Positions 1 to 12,540 of a DNA stretch of 64,000 nt are shown here, in pieces. The translations under genes were made by a program, and so were the position numbers. Position 1 is the stretch's first letter; the number at the start of each line of letters is the position of its first letter. Under the pieces are notes generated by a model. It had not been told where the DNA came from and searched no databases. It was given only the letters and a program-made list of their open reading frames with translations. The stretch is from Sphyrna mokarran. Lineage: Eukaryota. Location: positions 15,438,001 to 15,502,000 of the forward strand of contig JAGIQG010000004.1 of NCBI GenBank assembly GCA_024679065.1. The letters are read 5' to 3'.

Positions 1-946
1 CTCAGTGAGAGTGCTGATGTGTCCTTTGCTTTTGCAATTACTGTTCTCTTTCCTGTAACTGCCCAGTGATCTCTGTTGGAATGTGAGAGAGGAACAGACT
101 CGGCGGTGAGGGATTAACCGCTAACCCGACTCTCATTTCACTGCAAAGTATCCATTTGGTTGATTCAGTTGGCTTGAGAACTGCCTACACCTGTGAAATA
201 TCACCCATATACCAGCCTACAACTTCAAGAGGGGAAGCTAAAGATTGGAAGAATGAATAAACTCCTTACTTATATCAATCTAGATAAATACAATAATATT
301 GCCTTCAAATGCCTCAATCCCATTGCACAATCTGTGACTTAAGATATTGATAATTCTCTTGGAAATAAGGAATACTTTGAATGCTTACTACTACTGTGCA
401 TGGCACTGACTGAGAATAATACATACTCTAGTGCAATATCTTTGTTTACACTTGCCGAGTAGAAATGGACAACAGAAAATTCTCCTTTATTGCAAGATTC
501 TACACTTCCTACCCATTAAAAAATAACTTGTGCATTAAAATGTAATACACTACATTTCATAATGTCCTCGGTTACAACCAACATCACAATATCTGATTTA
601 ACAAGTTGTGTTGCATATTTGTTGCTATTGTAATCACAGTCAAAAGATCCACGATCAATACTGCCGGAGTAACTTAAATGTAAGATTCCAGTGCAATGAC
701 AAAAATAATATCATTTGACAAGGAGTAATAAAAAGACTAATTAATTTCTTCTTCCTTCTTGAAAACTTTCAATTAATCTATCTGGACTTTTTCTTTTTCT
801 GCTTGGGTCTCCTCCATTTTCATTAGCTTAACTGTATTCTCTCAACAACTTTGACTGTGTCAAATCTAAATTTGGTTTTTAACACACCAACACAATTTAA
901 TGTTTGGGACTATGACATTGATTGATCTATCGTTACTGAAGATCCT

Positions 947-1070
947 AGGTAGAAATTTTCCAATCCCACCTGCCATGGGAATCATAGCGGGTGGGACAGG
1001 ACAATACCAATGTCCATTGACTTCAAGCGGGATTTTCCAGTCTTGAGGTGAGAACAGCTGGAAAATCACA
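947..1070. mobile_element. Short MITE-like element (GGG(C/T)GGGATTTTCC...GGAAAATCCC terminal motif family)
   Basis: Shares CCATTGAC..CGGGATTTTCCAG..GGAAAATC core with copies at ~3820, ~6200, 21978, ~27607, ~28981, ~33670. Confidence 0.6.
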
Positions 1071-1072
1071 TT

Positions 1073-1101
1073 CCCCCCCCCCCCCCCCCCCCCCACCTCC
1101 G

Positions 1102-1150
<49 letters not shown>
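1073..1150. repeat. Poly-C tract, probably sequencing/assembly artefact
   Basis: ~75 nt of almost pure C. Confidence 0.8.
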
Positions 1151-1153
<3 letters not shown>

Positions 1154-1267
1154 CCTCCGCCACGCCACCCTGCCCTGCATGAATTGTTCTATAATATTGG
1201 CAAGCTTTCAGTTTCTATGGACTTTCATTATAGACTGCAAATAAAATTTGGACAATGGGAGATTTAT

Positions 1268-1603
1268 AGAACAAAGAACAAAGAAAATTACAACACAAGA
1301 ACAGGCCCTTCGGCCTCCGATCTTGCATCGACCATGCTATCCATCTGAACTAAAACTGGGAACCGTATCCCCCTATCCACATTCTATTCATGCATTTGAC
1401 AAAGTGCTCCTTAAAAGTCATTATCATATCTGCTTCTGCTATCTCCTCTGGCAGCGAATTCCAGGCACCCATCACTCTCTGTATAAAAAAACTTGCTTTG
1501 TACATCTCCTTTAAACCTTGCCCCTTGCTCTTTAAACCTATGCCCCTGAGTAATTGACTCTTTCCACCCTGGGAAAAAAACCTTTTGAGTATTCACTCTG
1601 TCA
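1268..1603 (-). mobile_element. CR1 LINE 3' fragment
   Basis: ORF 1411..1656 contains TQGHRFK..GDV..FF (CR1 ORF2 C-terminus); (TTCTTTG)n tail appears as agaacaaagaacaaag. Confidence 0.85.
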
Positions 1604-1684
1604 TGTTCTAAATTTGTCAGATTTCCTAATTCACACAAATTTTCTACATGGTACATGTGAAGTTTCTGCTAATAAGACTATAAC

Positions 1685-2240
1685 TTGCAGCTCTATAAGA
1701 CTCTTGTCAGACCCCAGTTGGAGTATTGTGCGCAGTTCTGGTCGCTTCATTATAGGAAGGATGTAGAGGCTATTGAGAGAGTTCAGAGGAGATTTACAAG
1801 GATGCTACCTGGATTGGGAGGCAGGCCTTATGAAGATAGGTTGAGGGAGCGGGGATTCTTCTCAGTGGAGAGACGTAGGTTGAGAGGCTACTTGATAGAG
1901 GTTTATAAAATGTTGAGAGGGATAGATAGGATGGACTCTCAGGGACTATTTCCCCGAGCTGAAATGGTCACTACGAGAGGACACAGATTTAAGGTGCAGG
2001 GAAGCAAATACAAAGGAGATGTCAGGGGTAGGTTTTTCACTCAGAGGGTGGTGAGTGAATGGAACCGACTGCCGTCGGAGGTTGTTGAGGCAAACTCACT
2101 GGGGTCTTTTAAGAGACTTCTGGATGAGTATATGGAAAAGAATAGGATAGGGGGTTATAGATAGGTCTGTGGATTGGTAGATGTGATCGGCGCAACTCGT
2201 GGGCCGAAGGCCCTGTTTGTGCCGTATTGTTCTATGTTCT
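1685..2240 (+). mobile_element. CR1 (HER1-like) LINE, 5'-truncated, young
   Basis: ORF LYKTLVRPQLEYCAQFWS..RRRLRG.LIEVYK..FFTQRVV..WN; 3' gggccgaagg..cctgt motif and TTCTATGTTCTA tail. Confidence 0.95.
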
Positions 2241-3225
2241 AATCATCACTGGAGATGTAAATGCACCTACTCTCCTTACAGCAATGCCAATCGCATACTT
2301 TTTTATCACCTTGGTGGTTTTTCACTCTGACTCTCTAATAACACTGAACTCTAAATTTCTTGCTTTCATTATCACCTTCACTTTGTTTTGTTTTTTTTTC
2401 TTACTTTGCTATTGACATCAGGCCTAAGTAAAATAACCCATGTGCTTGGAGTTGCAAGGTGAAAGATCTGTTTTAGACCATGAGGTTATTGTATGAGAGA
2501 ACAGAAAGTTGTCTAGCCTGTGTCAAAGAGATAGCTGACGCACAAGCAGAGTAGGCAATATAACAAAATGTCTGGCTATTACAAAATACTATGACTACAA
2601 TGCCAGATTTCCGTATGTACAAACTTTACTATAGAAACCGTTCTGCTATCTGATGAGGAATCAGTCTGTGCTGACTCAATGAACAGCCTAATAGGTGTTG
2701 TGCCTTTTTGAATTCCAGGAAGAACAATTGATATGATCACACAGACATTAATGCTGTAATTCTATTGCAGCTGAATTATGTCCATAACTTATGGTGTTGT
2801 GCATAACGTAATAAGCTCAGAGACTCATAAAGATCTATTGTTTGCCTACAGTAGCTTACTTGTCTAATGATTCAGGTGCTTGTTTCACACCCTTGTGGTT
2901 GAAGTTTAAAATCCCAATGAAAGCTAATGTCAATTCATTACTTTCTTGTGAAAGCCCCAAACCAGAGGAACACACTAAAAAAACAGCAATGTGTTGTCTG
3001 GGAGAAATGCCATCTGGAAATGCAATTCTCTACCACATTTCTGCTTGGAAATATTGAAACTCATTGCAAAAGGCAGACAAGACAGATTGAATTGGAAAGC
3101 AACTCCTATGAGCAATTAAGGGCAAGGATTTTCCATCCCTTCCTGTCAATGTAATCTTCCAATCCTGCCAAATTTGACCCCCCCCCCCCCACGCCCCAGT
3201 TACCTGGTGACTGTTAGTGAGTTAC

Positions 3226-3330
3226 CTGGTGGTGGTTGTAGACTTTGGCGGGACTGGAGGATCTCGCCAATGGCCATTGGTGAGCTGCGTTCGCCATGGG
3301 GCAGTTTGGAAGCTGAATAATCCCAGCTAT
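3226..3330 (-). other. Candidate internal exon (105 nt) of unidentified transcript
   Basis: Minus strand: pyrimidine tract ttttgtttgtttgtttacaaAG, GC/CpG-richer body, donor CAG|GTAACT; second identical donor 22 nt further. Confidence 0.35.
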
Positions 3331-4504
3331 CTTTGTAAACAAACAAACAAAATGCGAGAAAAATAATCGTCATTGGAGTCACAGAGGTCATTCTTTTCTA
3401 GCCAGTGAAGGAAGCAAAAAGTCTAGATAAGGCAACTTCACATGATGAACGAAGGAAGTGGAGAAATGGTCCGCTGCAGAGTTAAGCATGGCTCATGTGC
3501 ACCTCCTTGTGACTGACTCCAGTACCACTAGTAAGGACCAGAGATCTACTCAATCCAAATGATCAATATTTGGTGCAAGGTTTGGCAGGAGTCAAAGGGT
3601 GGAATATACTAAACGCATATATTTAAAAGTATAGATACACAATATATATAATAATTCAAAAATAAAGCAGAAGGAATGAAATTCATCTCTTAATAACTGA
3701 TATTTAATAAATGATAATGAAATCACACCTGTCGTTTCAATTATTCAGGACAGGTAAGATCGCCCACTCTAATTGGGTGCATTCTCACAATTTCATCCTC
3801 ATGGCTGTAGTCACACAGTGGTGAAAATTTCCATTCCGCTTGCCATGGGAATCGTAGCTGACAAAGGATGGATGATGGAAAGGTCTATTGACCTCAGGTG
3901 GAATTTTCTAGTTTCAGGATGAGCGCAGCCACGAAGACCCAACCTAAAGCTTTTCCATTCTCATTTTCAGAATTTTTACCAATAATAAAGTGTTCAAAAC
4001 AAAGGTAAAAGGTTTGAATGCACCTGTGATTTTTCGCCTGGGGTTATTCACTGGAATAGCATGAGGATTAACTCACAGAGATGCCACAGCTCTGTTGGAG
4101 GATTGACAACATTCAGGACAGTCACAAGGATTGGCCATGATGACAGAAACAATTGCATTTACAAATTTGACATTGGGTAATATTCAGAGTGGGGAAATTC
4201 CTGATATCCAGTGTATCACTTCATGCATCTATCTATTTACATCTCTATTGAAGCACATTTTGCCACAGTTGGCCACCATATGCAAATTGTCTTTTTTTGT
4301 CATACTTTATAGGTGAAATTTGAGGCCTATATTATTGATCAATAAATTATACTTTATGAACTAATGGCTGCATTTTATGTGCTGATACAATAAAAATGTC
4401 AGCAATAATGCCACATACAAATTCAGGTTTCATATTTAATTAGCATAAGACATTAACTGCGTTTATCCAATCTAGTCTAAAATGTTTCCGTAGTCAATCT
4501 TTGT

Positions 4505-5230
4505 TTTATGCATTCCCAACATTTGTCTATCACTGGCAAGGTCCCAGGTAATCCTTGTGGTGGGCCATCTTCTTGAACTGCTGTAGTCCATGTGGTGAAG
4601 GCACTTTTACAGTCGTATTCAGTAGGTATTTCCAAGCATAGAGTCATAGAGGTTAAAAGCATTGAAACAGGCCCTACAGCCCCACTTGTTCATGCCACCA
4701 GTTTTTTTTAGCCACTAAGCTAATCCCATATCCCTCCATACCCATCTCATCCGTGTAACTATCTAAGTGCTTTTTAAAAGACCAAATTGTACCCACCTCT
4801 ACTACTACCTCTTGCAGCTTGTTGTAGATACTCACCACCCTCTGTGTGAAAAAAATTGCCCCTCTGGATTTTGTATTTCTCCACTTTCATCTTAAACCTA
4901 TGCCCTCTAGTTTTAGACTTCTATCTTTGGGAAAAGATGTTAACTACCTAGCTAATCTATGCCCCTCATTATTTTATAGATCTCTATAAGATCATCCTTA
5001 AGCCTCCTACACTGATCTAGCAATGATGCAGGAACAGTGATGTAACTCCAATTTAGGATGGTATTTGGGCTGAGGAAGTGGCAGTGCTTGTATGTGCCTG
5101 CTGCCCTTGTCTTTCTCAGTGGTCATGAGTTTGGAAGGTGCTGTCAAAGAAATCTGGCAAATTTCTGCAATACATTCTGAGGGTACAACACAACAGTCAT
5201 TGGAGAGGTTGGTCATCTGGGCAAGAGAGC
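4505..5230 (-). mobile_element. Old non-LTR retrotransposon 3' region (called family B here, unclassified), interrupted by a CR1 at ~4640-5005
   Basis: Similar to 39095-40175 and 42980-44250 (cttcttgaac.gct.cagtcc, ctgctgcccttgtc, tttggaaggtgctgtc motifs). Confidence 0.65.
4640..5005 (-). mobile_element. CR1 LINE 3' fragment
   Basis: gaaacaggccc.tc.gccc, ctcaccaccctctg.gtgaaaaa, ttaaacctatgccctctag: reverse-strand CR1 3' end. Confidence 0.85.
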
Positions 5231-5269
5231 AGGGACCCATCAATGTTTGAAGAATCAGTCACCATCTGA

Positions 5270-5510
5270 AAATGCGTACCAATCAACTCAAGAGCAACTT
5301 CTTCCCTGCTGCCATCAGACTTTTGAATGGTCCTATCACATATTAAGTTCTCTCATCCTATCGGTAACTGCAACACCATATTTCACCCCTCTCCTTTCCT
5401 CCTCCCCTATGTATTCTATGAACAGTTTGTTTTTTCTATATAGTGCACAAAAAAATAATACTTTTCACTATATCCCAATACAAGTGATAATAATAAATCC
5501 ATTCAATTCA
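5270..5510 (+). mobile_element. Rex1/Babar-like LINE 3' end (related copies at 13360-13545 + and 47575-47743 -)
   Basis: Encodes TNQLKSNFFPAAIRLLN, resembling the Rex1 RT C-terminus; AATAATAAATC tail. Confidence 0.55.
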
Positions 5511-5960
5511 ATCATCTTCAGGAGTGGATGATCCGAAATGGAGAGCAAAAGCACAGTTTTAAAATATGATTTTATGACTTTTTTATTTGATTAATTTGAC
5601 TAGTAACGACAGTAAAATGTTTTAGAAACTTGTTCTCATCTGTGTTAAAGTGGGAATCCTCCAAAAACAAACATGCATCAACATTCCCATACGTCACTGA
5701 CAGAACTTGATGTGAATCACAGCTTCTGGGAATCCACTGGTGAAGTGCAAGCTTGTGAGACACCACCTGGGAATAATTACGTGACAGCAGCAGGGGTGCG
5801 ATGGTCGTGCTGTGAGCTTGGTTCAACTCGATTCTCTGCACATCCCTAATTTCTATGTGTCATTGAAACACATTAGGCAACCCCCTGACCTTTGGCCCTG
5901 GTTATATCTTGATTGTATACTTAATAAGTTATTGTATTTTAGCAACATCCATATGCTTGT

Positions 5961-5964
<4 letters not shown>

Positions 5965-5992
<28 letters not shown>
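5965..5992. repeat. (CA)n microsatellite
   Basis: Direct. Confidence 0.95.
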
Positions 5993-5994
<2 letters not shown>

Positions 5995-6814
5995 AATCTT
6001 TTAGTTGTGTTTCCTTGCTATCCTTACCCTTTTTGCTTGATATTTCTTTCCAAAAATGCACTGGATTTAGTATGGTTGCTATCTCATTGACTGTGGCTCA
6101 TCCAAGCAGGCAAGTGAACATTTGAACATGAAAGAAGTGGGCACAAACATCAGATATATTGCCCACTTAGATATACATCACCCCCCACTCCTGCAATCAC
6201 CCAAATCATAATGAGTGTGGGATTGGACCATGCAAAGGTTAATTGATCCCGGCGGGATTTCTCAGTCTTGAGGTGAACGTGGCCGGAAAATCCCATCCAT
6301 AATTCATAGATGTGCATTCTGGAAAGCTTTTGTATTGTCAGTATTCTTTTTATTTGTTTAAATATTTTTCAATTGTTCAACCAATCAAAGATCACAATAA
6401 TTCAAAGAAAGTGTAAAGGTTACTAAAACTATGAATACATTGAGTTCCCCCTAAGTATTCACTTATTTTGCTATATTGCATCTCCAGCATTGATTTTCTG
6501 CTAATATTTCAGTAACAACGGATGCCTGCTTATGACTCACTGAAGAATTGAGCTAGGGAAGATTATCCAGGAAAAAAAAGACAACTGGCAAAATTCTTTA
6601 CCCTCAGTCCCTTTATGGAAATAGGAATTATTGTCTAAAGACAAGGGCAGCAGGCACATACAAGCACCGTTGATATTAACTGGGAGAAATATGAGGTCCT
6701 GTTCTGCACATCACATCAAATTTAACACCCAATCTCCTTTAAGATGTTTTCAGCAGGTTTCCCTCCTGACAACCAGCCAAGTTGATAGGGAAAGCAGCTG
6801 GGGGGCTTTTGTTT

Positions 6815-7082
6815 AAAGTTTATTTATTAGTGTCACAAGTAGGCTTGTATGAATTTAATCCAGTGCCTGTTCGCATATACTGAGGGAGAATTTAGCATGG
6901 CCAATGCATCTAATCAGCACGTCCTTCGGACTGTGGGAGGAAACTGGAGCGCCCACAAGAAATCCCTGCGGACATGGAGGGAATGTGCAGACTCCACACT
7001 GACAGTGTCCCAAGCCAAGAACCGAACTCAGTCCCTGAGTACTGTCAGGCGACAGTGTTAACCACTGTGCCACCGTGCTGCC
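6815..7082 (-). mobile_element. HE1-like V-SINE with alternative AATAAATAAACTT tail
   Basis: Reverse tRNA-like head GGCAGCACGGTGGCACAGTGGTTAAC; V-domain TGTGGAGT.TGCACATTC..GTTTCCTCCCACAGTCC. Confidence 0.9.
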
Positions 7083-7988
7083 TTACATCAGGTAAGTAAA
7101 TCATCAGGGAAGGGGCAATGAAGGGGGCAGGAGGCTGCTGATTGTGGCAAATAGGGCAAATAGTATATTTTAGAACAGAGAGGAGTGAATTGGACCAAAG
7201 GTGGTAGAAATGGAGTGAGGAGATGGGAGTGGGGATAGTGGTCAGCCAATCTTGCAGGTTTTTGATTGTGTGGAGATAAAACTGTGTTGACTGAAGGAAA
7301 CACAACTGTTTCTCCTGGGCCCCAAGCAATGTGATAAAAACTCATGAAACAGCTTTCTCTTGCCTTATTTTATTTGCTGGAGTTTACACAAGTTGGGATT
7401 CAAAACTGAAGGATAAATCAGTCAGAAAATAGAAAAGCAATGGCAAGAGAGAGTTCAGAATAAATATATTCCTACAATAAAGCAAATTTCTCCGGGACGA
7501 GCCCGTCATCAGTAATTAACAAAAGAAATTAAGAAAAGTATCAAACTTGAGGAAAGAGCTACAACTGCACAATGATAAATGATAGGTTGGAATATAACAA
7601 GTTGCAGAGAATGATTAAAAGGTAAATCAGGAGGCAGAAATTAGAGTATGAGAGGAAGCCAGCTGGAATTGGAAAAATGGATAGCAAGAGTTTTCTGAGA
7701 TATTTATAAAGACAGTAGATAAAACAGGTATTGATTCTCTAGAAGGTGACAATAGGGAGTTAATAGTAAATAATGAGGAAATAGCAGATGAAGTGAATTA
7801 ATATTTTGCTTTTATATTCACTATAGGTTATAAAACAAATTCCAGGATTAGCTGTAAATCAGGAGGTGGAAGGAAGAGAGTAACTTCGTGGAATTACGAT
7901 CACTAGGGAAGTAGTACTGAGCAAACTAATGGAGTTGTGGACTAATAAGTTTCTGATCCCAATGGGCTTCATCCTAGGATCATAAAAG

Positions 7989-8265
7989 ATGTGGAGATGC
8001 TGGACTGGGGTCAGCTTGATGTCTTCTGCGAGGAAGTTGCTAGCACCTCTTTAATCTATTGTTATTTCTCACTCCACCTGCATTGTCTTTATCTGTGAAG
8101 ACTTGATAAACCTGTAAAGACTCACATTCCAAACATTATCTTGCAATTGAGTCTGTGCCTATATATGCAATGTTTATGTACCCAACTCTCCATTCACCTG
8201 ATGAAGGAGCAGCACTCTGAAAACTCATGATACCAAATAAACCTGGTGTTCTGAGACTTCTTACT
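7989..8265 (+). mobile_element. Penelope-like element terminal fragment with degenerate hammerhead motif
   Basis: CTGATGA 8198-8204, stem GGAGC-AGC-ACTCT, GAAA 8219-8222, then ACCAAATAAACCTG; homologous to 18985-19200 and 36950-37280. Confidence 0.7.
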
Positions 8266-8428
8266 GGGTCTTTAAAAATGTGGCTAGCAAGGAAGTAGTG
8301 TTAATTTTCCAAAATTCTCTAGGTTCTGGAAATTTTCCATCAGATTGAAAAGGACAAAATATAATCTGTTTATTCATGAAGGAGGGATGCTAAAAACAGG
8401 AAACCAATGATAAGCCAGTTGGCAACTG

Positions 8429-8778
8429 AGTGGCACGGTAGCACAGTGGTTAGCACTATTGCGTCACCGTTTCAGGGACCTGGGTTTGATTCTGGCTCGA
8501 GTCTCTGTCTATGTGGAGTTTGCATATTCTCCTTGTGTCTGCATGGGTTTCAGCCGGGTGCTACAGTTTCCTCCCACAGTCCAAAGATGTGCAGGTTAGG
8601 TTGATTGGCCATGCTAAAAAAAATTGCCCCTTAGAGTTCTAAGACGCGTAGGTTAGAGGGATTAGGGGGTAAAAATGTTAGGGATATGGGAATAAGGCCT
8701 GAGTGGGATTGTGGTCAGTGCAGTCTCGATGCGCTGAGTGGCCTCTTTCTATATTGTAGGGTTTCTATGATTCTATGA
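8429..8778 (+). mobile_element. HE1 V-SINE, full length, CR1-type tail
   Basis: A/B-box head, V-domain, TTCTATGATTCTATG tail. Confidence 0.92.
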
Positions 8779-9594
8779 TAGCTTGATGTCTGCTGCAGGG
8801 AAGGTACTAGAATTGATCAGTATAAATAGGCCATAGCTGGGCACTTTAAAAAACTCAAGGTAATTGGGAAGAATTAGCATGGTTTTGTGAAAGAGAAATC
8901 ATGTTTAAACAATTTATTGGAGTTCTTTGATGAAGTAGCACGTCGTGTAGATAAAGGAGAGCCTGTAGACATGGATTTCCAGAAGACAATTCATAAATTA
9001 CCAAATCAAAGATTTTTGCGGAAAATAGTGTAAGAGTAATGCATTAGAATGGGCAGACGATTGGCTGGCTGGCATAAACAAACAATATGCATAAATGAGT
9101 CACTTTCTGATTGGTCTAATGTGACAAGTAGAATCCTACAGGTATCTGTGACAGGGCCTAAACTTTATACAACATATATCAATGATTTAGATGAGCAGAG
9201 CAAAGGCACAGTGGCTAAATTTGCAGATGACACAAAGATAGGTAGGAAAGTAAGTTGTGAAGTTGACATAAGGAAATAGATAGGTTGAGTGAGTGGCAAA
9301 AATTTGGTAGGTGAAGCATAATGTGGAAAAATGTGAGGTGCTTCACTTCGGCAGGAAAAAACAAGAGTATTACTTAAAAGGAGAAGAACTGCAAAGGTGC
9401 AGATGGATTGAAATATTCTCCTGACTGAATCACAAAAATTTAGTATGCAAGTAAAACAAGTAATTCAGCAATCTAATGGGTTGTTATTTATTACGAGAGG
9501 AATTAAACAAAAAAGTAAGGATGTTTAGTATTCAGTTTTGGTCGTCTTGCCATAGGAAACATGTTATTAAACTGGATAGAGCGCAGAAGAGATT

Positions 9595-10015
9595 GACAAG
9601 ATTGTACAGGATAGTTTTTGTACAGTAGGAGACTGAGGAGTGATCTTACAGAGGTGTGTAAGTTAATGAGAGGCATGGATAGGATGAATACACTCACTCT
9701 TTTTCCCACGGTTGGGGAATCAAGAACTAGAGGGCACAGGTTTAAGTTAAGGAAGGGGCAAGAATTAATGGCAACCTGAGGAGCAATTTTTTTACGCATG
9801 CATATGTGGAATGAGTTGCTGGAGGAAACGGTTGAGTCAGGGACACTGACAACATTTAAAAGGCACTTGGATAAATACATGGATAGGAAAGGTTTAGAGG
9901 GATATGGGCCAAATGTAAGCAAATGGGGTTGGGTTAGATGAGCATTTTGTTCAGCATGGACCAGTTTGCACCAAAGGGCCTGTCTCCGTGCCATAAATTC
10001 AATGATTCTATGGTT
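9595..10015 (+). mobile_element. Younger CR1 3' fragment nested in older CR1
   Basis: ggagactgaggagtgatctt..gaggtg, actagagggcacaggtttaag, gattctatg tail. Confidence 0.8.
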
Positions 10016-11739
10016 CAGTACTGTATACAATTTTAGTCTCCTTATTTAAAGAAGGACGTAAATGCATTGCAGGCAGTTCAGAGGAAGTTTATTAAATTGA
10101 TACTTGGAACGAGTGGGAAAGGTTATGAGGAAAGGTTGGACACATGGATTTGTTTCCATTGGGGATTAGAACAGTGAAGGGAGTGTCTTGATTGAACTAT
10201 ATAAAATCCTGAATGGCCTTGACAAGGTGGATGTGGAAAGAATGTTTCCTCTTGTGGTTGAATCCAGAACTTGGTGGGGTTGAGGGGGGGGGGGGGGGGA
10301 GTGGAAGGCGGTGTTTGCTTTAAAATTAGGGGTCACCTTTTTAGGACAGAGATGAGAAAGTTTATTTTCTTCCAGAGGGCTGTGTAATTTTGGAACTCAC
10401 TGCCTCAGAAGGTGGGTTGGGGGAGGGGGTCACTAAATATTTTAAAGACAAAGATTGATAGATTTTTGTTTGGCTCTAAAAAAAATCAAAGGATATTGAG
10501 AGTGGAAAGCAATATAGAATTAGAAACACAAACAGACCAATAATGAGCTTACTGAATAGTGGAACCAACATGAGCGGCCAAATGGCCACTTCTGCTTCTA
10601 TTTTGTGGGTTTTCATGCTCACAATCCCAGTTCACATGTAATAAAAACAAAGATTGTGATAAAAAAGAAAGCATGCAATTTTTTTTTTTGCTGATATAGC
10701 TCCTAAGAGCTAGTTGATCACCTGTGCACCTCACCTGATCCACCAGATCAGAGATTGACAGATTGTGTGCTGGTTCTGGTCAGGCTTGAGGATTTTTTTT
10801 TACCATCTCCATTCTGGGAATGGCGTCAGAAACCAGCCATCCTTGAGGTTAAAACACCCTCCAAATTGTTGTTACTTTGTTGATTTTGGTTCCATGTCTC
10901 CCAAATCAAGTGCAAAGAAAGAATTTATCATCATCACAATGGACAGGGCTTAGAGTTAATCAATGCTTCATTATTTCTCTCAAATGATTTCTAATTGGGT
11001 GCTAATTAAATCTTAAAACCTTATTCAGGATAAAAGAAAGACAAGTTTGTAAATACCCAGCTGGCGAGACAGAATCTGTGCAGAGGGAAACAGTGTTAAT
11101 GTCTGGGATTCCATGCAGAGGCAGTGACCTTGACCCTGGAGACTGTGGCCTGACTTTACAATGTTCAGGCTTCTGTACTTCTGAAGCAGAAAATCCCGCT
11201 TATAAGAACTGATGACCAATCAGAGAGATGGCAGCATCTCAGCTCCACAGTGCCACCAGGAGCTGTGGACATTGCTGGGAATTGCAGCAATCTGTAGATC
11301 AGCAATCCCAGAGCAAGGCTGAAATGCAGATCGCTGGAGACAAGGATCACCAATACCAATCAGAGGAACTGGAGCAAGGGGTGTTGATTGCAAGGACAGA
11401 ATGGATCCTCCAACGGCAGCAGCCTTTGCCACCAAAGGACTTTGTGAGCCACAGGTTTCTTGTTTAGGAGGGACCACATTGCTGAGCTCTTGAGGAGCAG
11501 CAGATTTTACTGGAACTTCTCTCCAAATGATGAAACAGCTCTCCTGGAACAGATATCAGTGGTGGTAGGAAGAGGTCCTTAAGTGGCCATTGACTACTTG
11601 TGGATCTCAATTGGCCTAAGGGCTAGCCACCTACCCCTTATACTATTTTTGAAATGTATTCTTTCACATGATGTGGCACTCTGGGTTTCTGGGTTAATCA
11701 TCCAGTGACAACACTGCTAAGTCACTGTTTCCTTCTTTT

Positions 11740-12040
11740 GTAGCCAGAATATTTATCTGGCAGGTCCAGTTCAATTTCTCATCATTTGTGATTCCCAGGA
11801 TAGCGGGGAATTCAGCAATGGTAATGCCATTGAATAGAAAAGGGTGATGGTTATACTATCTCCTATTGGAGATGGTCATTGCCTAACACTTGTGTGGCCT
11901 GAATGTTACTTTCCACTTAATCATTCTAAGTCTGAATATTGTCCAGCTCATGTTGCACAGCATGTGGATTGACTCAATATCTGAAAGCCATGAATGCTGC
12001 TGAATCATGCAATCATCAGCAAACATTCCCACTCCTGACT
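11740..12040 (-). mobile_element. Family B non-LTR fragment
   Basis: ttggagatggtcattgcct..cacttgtgtggc..gaatgttactt..cactta shared with ~39790-39845. Confidence 0.6.
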
Positions 12041-12112
12041 TCGGGTCTGAGTAAGATGCTCTTTTGGAGACTTGGTACAGATTTGATAGGCCAAGTCGCC
12101 TCTATCTGTATA

Positions 12113-12393
12113 GCGTGGCACAGTGACAATGATAATTAGCACTACAGCTTCTTGCATCAAAATCCTGGGTTTGATTCTGGCTTGGGTCCCTATCTGTGTT
12201 CACATTCTCCCCGTGCCTATGTGGGTTTCCTCCAGGTGCTCCGGTTTCCTCCCAAAGTCTGAAAGACTGCATTGGCCACGCTAAATTCTCCCTCAGTGTA
12301 CCCAAGCAGACACCATGTGACAACTAGGGGATTTTCACAATGATTTCATTGCAGTGTTAATGTAAGCCTACTTGTGACTAATAAATAAACTTT
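12113..12393 (+). mobile_element. HE1-like V-SINE, alternative tail
   Basis: V-domain plus gcagtgttaatgtaagcctacttgtgactaataaataaacttt tail. Confidence 0.88.
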
Positions 12394-12479
12394 AGTAAGA
12401 ACTCGATGGTTCATGGGTAGTGCGCAAAACCCAGGCCAATTTTTCAGGTCAATAACCTTTTATTAAAAATCGAACCTAC

Positions 12480-12540
12480 TGATATTGATTAAACAATGGA
12501 CATGCGGCACTCTGCGGTACTTCAAACTGCACGGATGTCC
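12480..12540 (-). other. Candidate 61-nt exon
   Basis: Minus strand: ctcactcatcatttgtctAG acceptor, CA|GTAGGT donor, CpG-retaining unique sequence. Confidence 0.25.

Larger units (their letters stand above)
7430..10590 (+). mobile_element. Old decayed CR1 ORF2, with nested Penelope, SINE and younger CR1 insertions
   Basis: QHGF/KSCLTNLLEFF-like DNA at ~8875-8930; YINDLDE..AKFADDTKIG in ORF 9049..9279; CR1 3' UTR to ~10590. Confidence 0.85.

Noticed and set aside
866-1180. 104-aa glycine-rich ORF
   Set aside because: Produced by a poly-C tract plus a MITE; not a gene
5572-5845. Candidate exon in a CpG-retaining block
   Set aside because: Acceptor lacks a pyrimidine tract and no translation is recognisable
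8429-8500. tRNA gene
   Set aside because: tRNA-like A/B boxes are SINE heads continuing into the V-domain; no complete cloverleaf
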